64,000 nucleotides of DNA from Octopus sinensis (taxonomy: Eukaryota), in NCBI RefSeq assembly GCF_006345805.1, contig NC_043001.1:129394001-129458000 (forward strand), in the 5' to 3' direction. The position numbers were made by a program, and so were the translations under genes. The notes below the pieces were generated by a model, which saw only the letters and a list, made by a program, of their open reading frames with translations, had not been told where the DNA came from and made no database searches. Each line of letters opens with the position of its first letter. Position 1 is the first letter of the stretch. This document shows positions 12,201 through 22,823 of this stretch, one piece after another.

Positions 12201-12692
12201 GTGATAAGGAAGATAATTTCAGGTTACATTTTATAAATAGATAATTTATCACTAGCTGATAGTATTAAGTCAATAAATTATGTCAAGGATTAAAAGATTA
12301 AAACAGAGCAACAATTTATGACAATAATTTAAGATATTTAATTACTTATGGTTTATGAATTCATGATTTGTAAAATAGTGAGCCACTTTGCGTTAAATGG
12401 AGAAAAAAATTGCAAACTCAAAACTGTAATTTTTGGTCATACATATATACATATATGTTTGTTTGCACCTCAAGTTATAATAAACACCATTTTTACTTTA
12501 AGCAGAAAGATTACTTGATACTTTTTGCAGAGTATGAATTTATTATTCTGTAAAAAAGTGACAGTGATTTCGAAGCTTCAGCCTGCTTAGCCCTAATTGG
12601 ACAGTCTGATGAATGCTAAGCAGGTCAAAACATTGAAGTTACTGTCAACACTGTTCTTATTAAAGAATAATATATATAGAATAATAATATAT

Positions 12693-13131
12693 AGGCACAG
12701 GAGTGGCTGTGTGGTAAGTAGCTTGCTAACCATCCACATGGTTCCGGGTTCAGTCCCACTGCATGACATCTTGGGCAAGTGTCTTCTGCTATAGACCCGG
12801 GCCGACCAATGCCTTGAGAGTGGATTTGGTAGACGGAAACTGAAAGAAGCCTGTCGTATATATGTATATATATACATATATGTGTGCGTGTGTTTGTGTG
12901 TCTGTGTTTGTCCCCCTAGCACTGCTTGACAACTGATGCTGGTGTGTTTATGTCCCCGTCACTTAGCGATTCAGCAAAAAGAGACCAATAGAATAAGTAC
13001 TGGGCTTACAACGAATAAGTCCCGGGGTCGATTTGCTCGACTAAAGGCGGTGCTCCAGCATGGCCGCAGTTAAATGACTGAAACAAGTAAAATAAAAATA
13101 AAAATAAATAAAATAAATAAAATAAATAAAA
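12693..13131 (+). mobile_element. Family A SINE, full length, (TAAAA)n tail
   Basis: Head aggcacaggagtggctgtgtggtaag (A box) and gggttcagtccc (B box); full body. Confidence 0.93.
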
Positions 13132-13134
13132 TAG

Positions 13135-13636
13135 ATGCAAGAGTGACTGTGCAGTAAGAAGCTTGCTTCCCAACAACATGCTTTGTTAACAACAAATAAG
13201 ATGAGGACAAATATCAGTCAAATGTAAATGATGTAAATAATGTACATAATTCCTCATCTCTTAAATATGGAACTGTACATGCTTTCAGGTTTAGTCTCAC
13301 TGTGTAGAACCTTGGGTGAGTATTTTCTGCTATAGTCTTGGGCTGACCAAACCCTTGAGAGTGGATTTGGTAGATGGAAACTGAAAGAAGCTTATTGTAT
13401 ATATATATATTTATGGATATATTTATGTGTGTGTCTGTGTTTGTCCCCCTTCCATTGCTTGACGACCTATGTTGGTGTGTTTACATCCCCGTAAATTAGC
13501 AGTTCAGCAAAAGAGGCTGATAGAATAAATACTAGGCTTAAAAAGAATAATTCCTGGGGTCGATTTGTGTGACTAAAAGCAGTGCTCCAGCATAGCTACA
13601 ATTAAATGACTGAAACAAGTAAAAGAATAAAAGAAT
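13135..13636 (+). mobile_element. Older family A SINE interrupted by a 92-bp insertion
   Basis: Degenerate head gagtgactgtgcagtaagaagcttgc, body resumes at caggtttagtctcactg. Confidence 0.85.
13185..13276 (+). mobile_element. 92-bp insertion with 9-bp TSD, homologous to the 3' tail of the hammerhead-bearing element at 46235-46472
   Basis: acatgcttt at 13176-13184 and 13277-13285; the first 29 nt match rc(46261-46289) at 25/29 and similarity continues to about 46240. Confidence 0.75.
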
Positions 13637-13659
13637 GTATATATATATATATATATATA

Positions 13660-13895
13660 TATATGGTGCTGGTACCACATAAAAAGCACCTCTGTTGGTG
13701 CTGCATAAACACATCCATGCTGGTGGCATGTAAAAGGTACCCAGCACACTCTGTTTAGTGGTTGGCATTAGGAAGGGCATCCAACTGTAAAAACCATGTG
13801 ACAACAGCCAGCTGAAGTCTAGACAGCTCCCCAGCTGGCCAGCTCCATGTCCAATCCATGCCAACATGGAAAATGGATGCCGAATGATGATTATG
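13660..13895 (+). mobile_element. Family C element, decayed
   Basis: ggtgctggtaccacataaaaagcacc...ggttggcattaggaagggcatcc...catgccaacatggaaaatggatgccgaatgatga. Confidence 0.8.
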
Positions 13896-13935
13896 ATACA
13901 TACATGCATACATGCATACACACACACACACACAC

Positions 13936-13979
<44 letters not shown>

Positions 13980-14061
13980 CCATGTATATGAATGCTTGTG
14001 TGAATCTATGTATGTGTGTGTGTAAGTGTGTGTATATGTATATATATATAATAATAATAAT

Positions 14062-14352
14062 ATGAGGGAATATTATTCCAAACTTACAGGGAAAAATTCA
14101 ATTTAGAAATACTAAATCAAATTTCACAAAATATAATATATATATAAATTAGAAAAAAACACCTTTTATCAATTCAATAATGAAAAATTAAATTATACCA
14201 TTTACAAAAATTACATATTATTTATTATTTTGCAAATTAATTAATCATCGTTATATGTTTTATCTTATATTTAATCTTTCTATAATAAGTAATTTTTCTA
14301 AATGGTATAATTTAATTTTTCATTATTGAATTGATAAAAGGTGGTTTTTTTC

Positions 14353-14356
<4 letters not shown>
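14062..14356. mobile_element. AT-rich element end with a 67-bp inverted repeat (family F; possibly Penelope-like)
   Basis: Arms 14148-14214 / 14289-14356 (1 mismatch, 1 indel); leader gggaata..ccaaacttac(a/t)gggaaaa shared with 48038-48070 and rc of 49430-49467. Confidence 0.6.
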
Positions 14357-14407
<51 letters not shown>

Positions 14408-14889
14408 AGAGAGTTTGTTTTTGAAAATGTACCTGAATTTGAAAAACTTGTAGTTGTTTTTAAATAAATTTATTTACATACATACCAAACTAGTTGCAAC
14501 AATTTTCTGTATATAGAATAATGGGATTTTAACAGAATTTAAATTTACGAAGTAGAAAACGATATTTAAATGATTAAATGTTCACAAAATTTATTAAATG
14601 TTTTTCAAAATTGAATGAGAGGAGTAGATAATATCAAAAGTGATGAGAGAAGAATATAAAAATGTGAATTACTAAAAGTTCAGTCTTGAGTTATTAAAGA
14701 ATACATGGATAAGAGAAAGTAAAAAAAGGGTTTATTCACAGTTTCTGTCGTCATATGTGTAGTTCTTTTTTCCATTGCATGCAGGACTTTTTGCTTTTAA
14801 TTGAATGTTTCGGAATCAGAGAATATCTTGTGTATATATATATATGATTTTATGTGAAGATCTAATTTTTGATTCATTATAATTCTATC

Positions 14890-15008
14890 GTCTTGTGTAC
14901 GTAATATAATTTCTCTAAATCTTCAGATTTTTTCAATATGCTAGGCCACTGGTTTAAACTGATATTTAATCAAATTAATATTCATTTTTTTTTACCATAA
15001 TTATTTAA

Positions 15009-15010
<2 letters not shown>
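14890..15010 (+). mobile_element. Unclassified repeat end (second copy inverted at ~18040-18140)
   Basis: cttcagattttttcaatatgctaggccactggttt matches rc of aaaccagtggcttagcatattaaaaaaatccgaag. Confidence 0.6.
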
Positions 15011-15046
<36 letters not shown>

Positions 15047-15047
<1 letters not shown>

Positions 15048-15312
15048 AAAAAAGCAACAAGAATGGGTTAAAATATCGGTACAATTGCTTCGTACGAGGG
15101 CATCTTTAATAAGCTACAAAAAATGCAGTAAATATAGATGGCTCGTACTCGTCAGCTGAAAAAACATCAGAGATTCCCAAACATCAGAGATTCCCAAACA
15201 TCAAAACCCACTTGTATGGTTAACACCATATAGATTTCCGGTGCATCCTAGTTAAGGACCATATTCATGTGAATTCATTAGAACTCACTTGAATCTCAAT
15301 TACTTAAACCGT
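15047..15312 (-). mobile_element. TA-flanked short element containing a hammerhead-ribozyme-like motif
   Basis: Bounded by (TA)n on both sides; contains the motif at 15076-15159. Confidence 0.6.
15076..15159 (-). ncRNA. Type I hammerhead-ribozyme-like motif (degenerate)
   Basis: Minus strand: tcag-CTGACGA-GTACGAG-[43 nt]-CTCGTAC-GAAGC-AATT-GTA-ccga. Perfect 7-bp stem II; GAAG replaces GAAA; one stem I mismatch. Confidence 0.7.
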
Positions 15313-15326
15313 ATATATATATATAC

Positions 15327-15487
15327 AATGGGTTTCTTTCAGTTTCCATCTACAAAACCACTCACATGGCTTTGGTTGGTCTGAGGCTACAGTAGAAGAC
15401 ACTTGCCCAAAATGCCTCGCTGTGGGACTGAACCCAGATCCATGTGGTTGGTAAGCAAGCTACTTACCATAAAGCCACTCCTGCTCC
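15327..15487 (-). mobile_element. Family A SINE, 5' half
   Basis: gggtttctttcagtttcc...cttgcccaa...ccactcctg. Confidence 0.85.
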
Positions 15488-15529
15488 TATATATGTGTGT
15501 GTGTGTGTGTATACACACACATATGACTG

Positions 15530-15850
15530 GAACTCTGTCAGTTATAATGATGAGGGTTCCAGTTGATCTGATGAATCGAACAACCTGCTCATCAAATTAG
15601 CATGCAAGTGGCTGAGCACTCCACAGTCACACGTACCCTTAACGTAGTTCCCTGGGAGATTCAGCATGACACAGGATGTGAGAAGGCTGCTCCTTCCAAA
15701 TACAGGTACTACTCACTTTTGCCAGTTGAGTGGACTGAAGCAACAGGAAATAAAGTGTCTTGTTCAAAGACACAACTCACAGCTGGATATTGAACTCATG
15801 ACCTTATGACTGTGAGCCGAATACCCCAACCACCAAGCCATATACCTTCA
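15530..15850 (-). mobile_element. Family D tRNA-headed SINE
   Basis: ggttccagttgatc...gtggctgagcactccacag...aaataaagtgtcttgttcaaagacacaac...attgaactc...accaccaagcc. Confidence 0.75.
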
Positions 15851-15884
15851 GAGCCATATGTATTTATATATATATATATTTTCT

Positions 15885-16305
15885 TTTATTCATTCTTTTA
15901 CTTGTTTCAGTCATTTGGTTGTGGCCATGCTGGAGCACTGCCTCTTAGTCAAACAAATCGATCTAAGGACTTATTCTTTGTAAGCCTAGTACTTATTCTA
16001 TTGGTCTCTTTTGCCGAACCGCTAAGTTACAGGGACATAAACACACCAGCATTGGTTGTCAAGAGATGTTGGGTGGACAAACACAGACATACAAACACAC
16101 AGACACATACAAACACACACACTCATATATATATACATATATACGATGGGTTTCTTTCAGTTTCAGTCTACCAAATCCACTCACAAGGCTTTGGTCAGTC
16201 CAAGGTAATAGTAGAAGACACTTGCCCAAGATGCCACAGAGTGGGGACTGAACCCGGAACCATGTGGTTGGTAAGCAAGCTACTTACCACAAAACCACTC
16301 CTGCA
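15885..16305 (-). mobile_element. Family A SINE
   Basis: Full body from the tail through ccactcctg. Confidence 0.9.
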
Positions 16306-16931
16306 CTTATATATATATATACCAAAAATGAAGAAAATATATACTAAAAATAAGATAGATATATATATATAAAAAAAAAAGGTCCGCAATGCGCCTATAT
16401 ATATAGATATGTACATACACATACAAAATGAGAGAGAGAGAGAGAGAGAATGTGAGAGAGAAAGAGTGCAGAGAAATAAAGTAGAGACATTGGACTTCCT
16501 TCAGTTTTCAGTCTCCTATTTCTTTCCCTCTTTCTGCTACATTACACTCTCTCCAACATTCTTTCTTGCATTTCTCTTTTCTTCCCCCCCCCCCCCCCAT
16601 ATTCCTCTCTTTCTCTCTGTCTCTCTCATATGTGTTATATCTCCAATCCTACTCATCTCCCTCTTTTGCTTTCTTCTTCCTCTCCCGGTTTATCTTTTGA
16701 CTCTTCCTTCTTTCTTGTTTTCTCCCCACTTCTTTTATACTTCATTCTTCCTCTCTTTTCCTTTCTTCCTCTCTATCTACTGCCACCCAATCTCACTAAT
16801 GTCTGTAATTTTCTTTCTCTTCTTCAGCTGCTTCCAGCTTTCACATCTCTCTGTATCTTTACACTACTCTTGATGCCACAAGGGAGGTGAGTTGTCTCCC
16901 CCAATCCTGTCTCTCTTTATATCTATTCTTT

Positions 16932-16967
<36 letters not shown>

Positions 16968-17121
16968 ACACCTTCACTTTAATCTCTATCCATCTGGCTG
17001 TCTGTCTATCTGTTTGTCTGCTCGTTACTTCCTCCACCCTGACATGCCACTCACCACTTCTTTATCAATTTTAATCCTGCAATGAAACAACTTCATTTGA
17101 TGTCAGCCCCCACTACCCTCA

Positions 17122-17172
<51 letters not shown>

Positions 17173-17310
17173 ACTATCTTGGATAAGGATTCTTATCTTT
17201 GAGGTTATAATTTCTTCTTGCTCTTCTTGTTGTTCTTCTATTCTTTCACATTCTTCATGTGTGCTTTCCACCCTGCTGTCCACATCATCATCTTCATATG
17301 TACTTCACAC

Positions 17311-17360
<50 letters not shown>

Positions 17361-17695
17361 TCCTACCCATTCAGTGCCCTGTAGTGATCAGTGATTTAGT
17401 AGTCACTTAAGATAACAGTGTCCCCTTAATTAACATGAACAATGAATGAAAAAGGGTTAGTCAAAAAGAATGGGTTGGTTGGTTGGTTACTACTTGGCAT
17501 TTATCTGACTCCTTCTCCTCCACCTATAACCATTACACTTTGCCCTTGTCACCACAACATCCACATCACCAACTCTATCCCCCAACCCTACCCACTGCCA
17601 TCACCACAGTCATAACCAGACATTCCAGCACCAACTTCACAGACAATATCCATTCCATTTACTCCAACTTCTACGGCACAGTACAGGGGTGCATA

Positions 17696-17894
17696 TGAGG
17701 GGTGCAGAAAGGTTTTTGGCCTGGTTGGAGGACCAACCTTCCGAGTTCTTTTGCAGGGCTTAGAAAAACTGAAGGACTGCCGCAATAAGTGTGTGAATCT
17801 TAGAGAGGGCTATATTGAATGAAATCATAAGTAACTGACCACCTGTATTTTTTTTTTTTACCCAAAAGCCAGGAACTATTCAGCACCCCCCTTG
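17696..17894. mobile_element. mariner-derived MITE (internal-deletion derivative)
   Basis: ta-tgaggggtgcagaaaggtttttggc at left and gccaggaactattcagcacccc at right; interior encodes a mariner-like C-terminus GLEKLKD..NKCVNL..GY.E*. Confidence 0.7.
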
Positions 17895-17900
17895 TGTGTA

Positions 17901-17933
<33 letters not shown>

Positions 17934-18320
17934 AAGGTGTAGTGCATGCATGTATATAGTTGTTGGAAAACTATTTCTAAAAAGCTGCCAGCAAATGCTA
18001 TCTTTAAAGATAGCCATACATAATGCAATATATATATAATATATATATGTATATATAAAATTTAATAAGGGTAGAAATTGATATTAATCGATTAAAACCA
18101 GTGGCTTAGCATATTAAAAAAATCCGAAGATTAAAATATTTTTAAATACAAAATTTAAAGGACTGACCACTAAAAGTGGACGGTCAATATGCTAGATATA
18201 GACGTCAAAATCGCTATTTTCCACAAAGAATGTGTTCTCAAATAAAAACTCAGCACCAACCAAAGTGTTAAAAATAAGCAAGACAAATGAAAATATACGA
18301 AATAATAACAATTACCTATG

Positions 18321-18352
<32 letters not shown>

Positions 18353-18395
18353 TATGGATGTATGTATCCGTGTCCACCTGTGTTTGCCTACAAAT

Positions 18396-18613
18396 AAGAG
18401 GGAGTGATGAAAAGTGCCAGGGTTTCAGAGTGTTGTGAAAGGCCTGGCTGGAAGCTCAACCTTTCAAGTTCTTTTGCATGGTTTACAAAAGCTGAAGGTC
18501 CACAGCAAGAAGGGTGTGAATCTGAGAGGTGAATATGTTAAATGAAATCATAATTAACTGATTCTCCTGTATTTTCATTTACCAAAAGCCAGGAACTTTT
18601 CAGTAACCCCTTG
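18396..18613. mobile_element. mariner-derived MITE, second copy
   Basis: gagggagtgatgaaaagtgccaggg ... gccaggaacttttcagtaaccccttg-ta. Confidence 0.7.
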
Positions 18614-18624
18614 TATATAAATAC

Positions 18625-18840
<216 letters not shown>

Positions 18841-20079
18841 CAGGGTGTGTCAGGTATTTGAGAATATATCTTTTTTGGGTCATTGCTGCATTTTGGGCTA
18901 ACTCTGTATAATCTTTGTTTCAGAAAATAATAACGGCAAACCCTCAGCTTACTCAAGAAATGAAGAGGCATGCTGTTATTGTGGTTATAAAGGCTGAGTG
19001 TAGCAATTTAGAAATATCTCGATTTTTAAAAGTTGCCAGATCTTTCATCTGCAAAATTTCTAAGGAGCTAGAGACTGAAGGTGGAAGCATATCACCAGTA
19101 TCAAAGCATAAAAAAAACATTTTAAATGCTCTGAAATTATCAGAACACCTGAATTTATCCACCAAGTTCAACAGACCATTGCTTACAATCCTAGAAAGTC
19201 CATGAAGCCAATTGCAAAAGATCTCTGTGTGTCAGAAGGTACAGTCAGAAATATTGTCCACAAAGACATGAGATATAAGTCTTATACGATGAAGGAAGGT
19301 CAATTTGTCAGAAAAAGCCAAAGAAAATAACTGCATCAGATCTAAGAGACTCTTAAACAAACGGAAACATCCAGCAGAAGAATATTTGATTTGGTTTTTC
19401 TCAAATGAGAAAAACTTTGACCAAGATCAAACAGAAGAAATGACAGATGGTTATGTGCAGACTCTTCTGAAGTTCCAAGTGTTATGCATACAAAATTTCC
19501 TGCAACTGTCATGGTGTTAGGGGCTGTCAGCAATGAAGGACATATGATGCCTTCTTACGTCTTTCCCATCTACATTGAGGTCCTGGAAATAATTGTTAAG
19601 CCCTGGATAGACAGTGTATGCAATGAAAGGTCATATGATGTGATTCTGTAAATCTCTGCACTTATCACACATGGCTCTAGTAACACAGGAATGGATGGCA
19701 GAAAATTTTCACGATCACATAACCCCTAACATTTGGCCTCCTAATTCCCCAGATCTCAATCCATTGTTCTATTACATGTGGAGTGTTGTTGAGAGAGGTC
19801 AATGAACACGCCCATAACACCAAAGATTCTTTGAAAGCTGCCATAGTCAGCATAATATTCAAAATGATCTAGGACCACTTGATTTGAGCATGTAGATGAT
19901 TTAGATCTCATATAGAAGCAGCTGTTGAAGATGAAGGTGGCGTTTTTGAACAACATTGTAGAAAAGAAGGTGTATTTTTATCTTCATAGCATATTTTGAT
20001 AAATAAAGTTATTATCTGTTATTATATAACTGTTTTTTATAAACATAAATCTTACCTCAAATATCTTATGCACATGGTG
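18841..20079 (+). mobile_element. Decayed Tc1/mariner transposon, DD37D (maT/mori)-like
   Basis: TA flanks and degenerate TIRs (cagggtgtgtcaggtatttgag / ctcaaatatcttatgcacatggtg). Broken transposase fragments KRHAVIV..., WFFSNEKNF, HTKFPATVMVLG, WPPNSPDLNPL..YMW; many frameshifts and stops. Confidence 0.85.
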
Positions 20080-20084
20080 TATAT

Positions 20085-20290
20085 ATAATTCAAATTAATA
20101 GAAAAATATAAAATGAAGACAGGTGTAGGAATAATAATCAAGTGTTTGACACTCAAGAAAAACGGAAAAGTCTTTTATGATTCGAGCCTACGCTCTTTGT
20201 CAGAAGGAAATAAGAGGAAATAAACAGAGAGAGAATGAAAAAAATGTGTAGAGTTCAGTGGCCCAGCATGGCAAATGACTGAAAAAAAAG
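20085..20290 (-). mobile_element. Short hammerhead-motif element (family G), decayed
   Basis: rc 20172-20207 = ccttCTGACAA-A-GAGC-GTAG-GCTC-GAATC-ATA-aaag; same stem II as 28077-28088; 3' end abuts a TA run. Confidence 0.65.
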
Positions 20291-20673
20291 GAGCTGAATG
20301 AAAGGGAAATAATGATGGTGATCTCAACAAGCTTAGGTGAGCAAGCATGTGTATATATGTGAGAATAGTGTGTGTGTATGTGTGAATGGGGACGGGTGTG
20401 TCTGATGTTTGTGTGTGTGGTGCATTGTGTGTAGCAGCTGATGTGTGCTTTTTCACGTGGCGTGTGCGCATGTGTATGTGTGTGTCTCTGTGACCAAATA
20501 GTGTGCATGTGTATAGTATATGTATGTGGGTGAAAGTTATCTTTGTTTATGTGTGGTGCGTGTTTATGCGTTTTGCGTGTGTGTGTATATATTGTCTGTG
20601 TTCAGGTACTATGTGCTTGTGTGTGTGTGTGTGGGAGTGTTCATGATGGTGTGTGGTATGTGTGCTGAGTTAA

Positions 20674-20904
20674 GGCGGCGAGCTGGCAGAAACGTTAGCA
20701 CGCCGGGCGAAATGCTTAGCGGTATTTCGTCTGCCGTTACGTTGTGAGTTCAAATTCCGCCGAGGTTGACTTTGCCTTTCATCCTTTCGGGGTCGATAAA
20801 TTAAGTACCAGTTACGCACTGGGGTCGATGTAATCGACTTAATACCTATGTCTGTCCTTGTTTGTCCCCTCTGTGTTTAGCCCCTTGTGGGTAATAAAGA
20901 AATA
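20674..20904 (+). mobile_element. Family B SINE with perfect 19-bp TSD
   Basis: ggtatgtgtgctgagttaa at 20655-20673 and 20905-20923. Confidence 0.96.
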
Positions 20905-20964
20905 GGTATGTGTGCTGAGTTAAAAAGTGTGTGTGGCTGTTCATATATTGGTATATGTGGTGAC

Positions 20965-21086
20965 CCTATTGAAAGACTGCTGCAATAAGCGTGAATCTGA
21001 GAGGGAGCATGTTGAATGAAATCATAATTAACTGATCCTCCTGTATTTTCTTTTATTGAAAGCCAGGAATTTTCCAGCGCTTCCTC
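20965..21086. mobile_element. mariner-derived MITE, right-end fragment
   Basis: gcaataagcgtgaatctgagagg...gaaatcataattaactgatcctcc...gccaggaattttccagcgcttcctca-ta. Confidence 0.65.
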
Positions 21087-21094
21087 ATACAATT

Positions 21095-21220
21095 CTATCA
21101 GTCTCTTTTGCCGAACCGCTAAGTGACGGGGACGTAAACACACCAGCATCGGTTGTCAAGCAATGCTAGGGGGACAAACACAGACACACAAACATATACA
21201 CACACATACATACATATATA
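21095..21220 (-). mobile_element. Family A SINE fragment
   Basis: tctcttttgccgaaccgctaagtgacggggac...ggggacaaacacagac. Confidence 0.85.
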
Positions 21221-21221
21221 T

Positions 21222-21448
21222 GTTTCTTTATTACCCACAAGGGGCTAAACATAGAGGGGACAAACAAGGACACACAAACGGATTAGGTCGATTACATCGA
21301 CCCCAGTGCGAAACTGGTACTTAATTTATCGACCCCGAAAGGATGAAAGGCAAAGTCGACCTCGGCGGAATTTGAACTTAGAACGTCAAGACAGACAAAA
21401 TATGGCTACGCATTTCGCCCGGCATGCTAACGATTCTGCCAGCTCGCC
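21222..21448 (-). mobile_element. Family B SINE
   Basis: tttctttattacccacaagggg...gccagctcgccacc. Confidence 0.92.
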
Positions 21449-21798
21449 ACCTATACATACATATATATATATACATATGGTCATATGTATGGTCATATAT
21501 TGCTTATGGTGGATGGCTACTATATAAAAGAAAACGACAAAGCAGTCTAGGTTTGTAGAAAGTGCAGAAAAAGGAAGCCAAAGCAGAGTGGGGGACAGAG
21601 TGATGAAGGCTGATCTGATTTTTTATCAGAGAGGAGATGACAAACGATTCTAATGATTGACAACTTGCAGTGCTTTAGAAGACCCAAGCACCTACAATAA
21701 AATATATCTTGATACAAGAATAGTGTTTGAAGGCCAAGATACTTTGTACTCTGTCGCAGACCACTTGTCTTTCATCCTTGATCTCACTTGACATCTGC

Positions 21799-22030
21799 CT
21801 ATTTCTTTACTACCCACAAGGGGCTAAACACAAAGAGGACAAACAAGGACAGACAAACGGATTAAGTTGATTATATCGACCCCAGTGTGTAACTGGTACT
21901 TAATTTATCGACCCCTAAGGGATGAAAGGCAAAGTCGACCTCGGCGGAATTTGAACTCAGAACGTAACGGCAGATGAAATACGGCTACGCATTTCGCCCG
22001 GTGCGCTAATGTTTCTGCCAGCTCGCCGCC
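21799..22030 (-). mobile_element. Family B SINE with diverged ~17-bp TSD
   Basis: tcacttgacatctgcct on the left, tcacttgatatctacct on the right. Confidence 0.93.
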
Positions 22031-22405
22031 TCACTTGATATCTACCTGTTATTCATCCACCTTTCACCTGTCATCTTATTCAATACTCTCCATCTTTCAT
22101 CTCTCCAGCACCCATGACTAAATGCATCACCCTCTTTATAGTGATTCTCTCACCTTTCACTGGGCCTACATTGGTGGTGCACCCTTATCTCCCTACCCAA
22201 TACACTCTAACTTTGGCCTGCTGTACTACCAGCCAGTCTTGTCTTTCCTCTGTGCAACCTCTGCTGCAATCCATCACCTTCTTTTATCTCACAGGAAATA
22301 TTCGCTCCTTGTCATTGAGAGCCACTGACAATTACAACAAAGTTTGTTTCTCTCCATCAGCTAAGAGACAAATTTTGAATCATTTAGAATTTTTCAAGTA
22401 TAATC

Positions 22406-22823
22406 GAGTGGCTGTGTGGTAAGTAGCTTGCTTACCAACCACATGGTTCCGAGTTCAGTCCCACTGCGTGGCACCTTGGGTAAGTGTCTTCTGCTATAGT
22501 CTCGGGCCGACCAATGCCTTGAGAGTGGATTTGGTAGACAGAAACTGAAAGAAGCCTGTCGTATAATATGTATATATATATATATGTATGTATGTGTGTG
22601 TATATGTTTGTGTGCCTGTGTTTGTCCCCCTAGCATTGCTTGACAACCGATGCTGGTGTGTTTACGTCCCCGTCACTTAACGGTTTGCCAAAAGAGACTG
22701 ATAGAATAAGTACTGGCCTTACAAAGAATAAGTCCTGGGGTCGATTTGCTCGACTAAAGGTGGTGCTCCAGCATGGCCGCAGTCAAATGACTGAAACAAG
22801 TATAAGAGTAAAAGAGTAAAGAG
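22406..22823 (+). mobile_element. Family A SINE
   Basis: gagtggctgtgtggtaagtagc...(aagagtaa)n tail. Confidence 0.93.
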
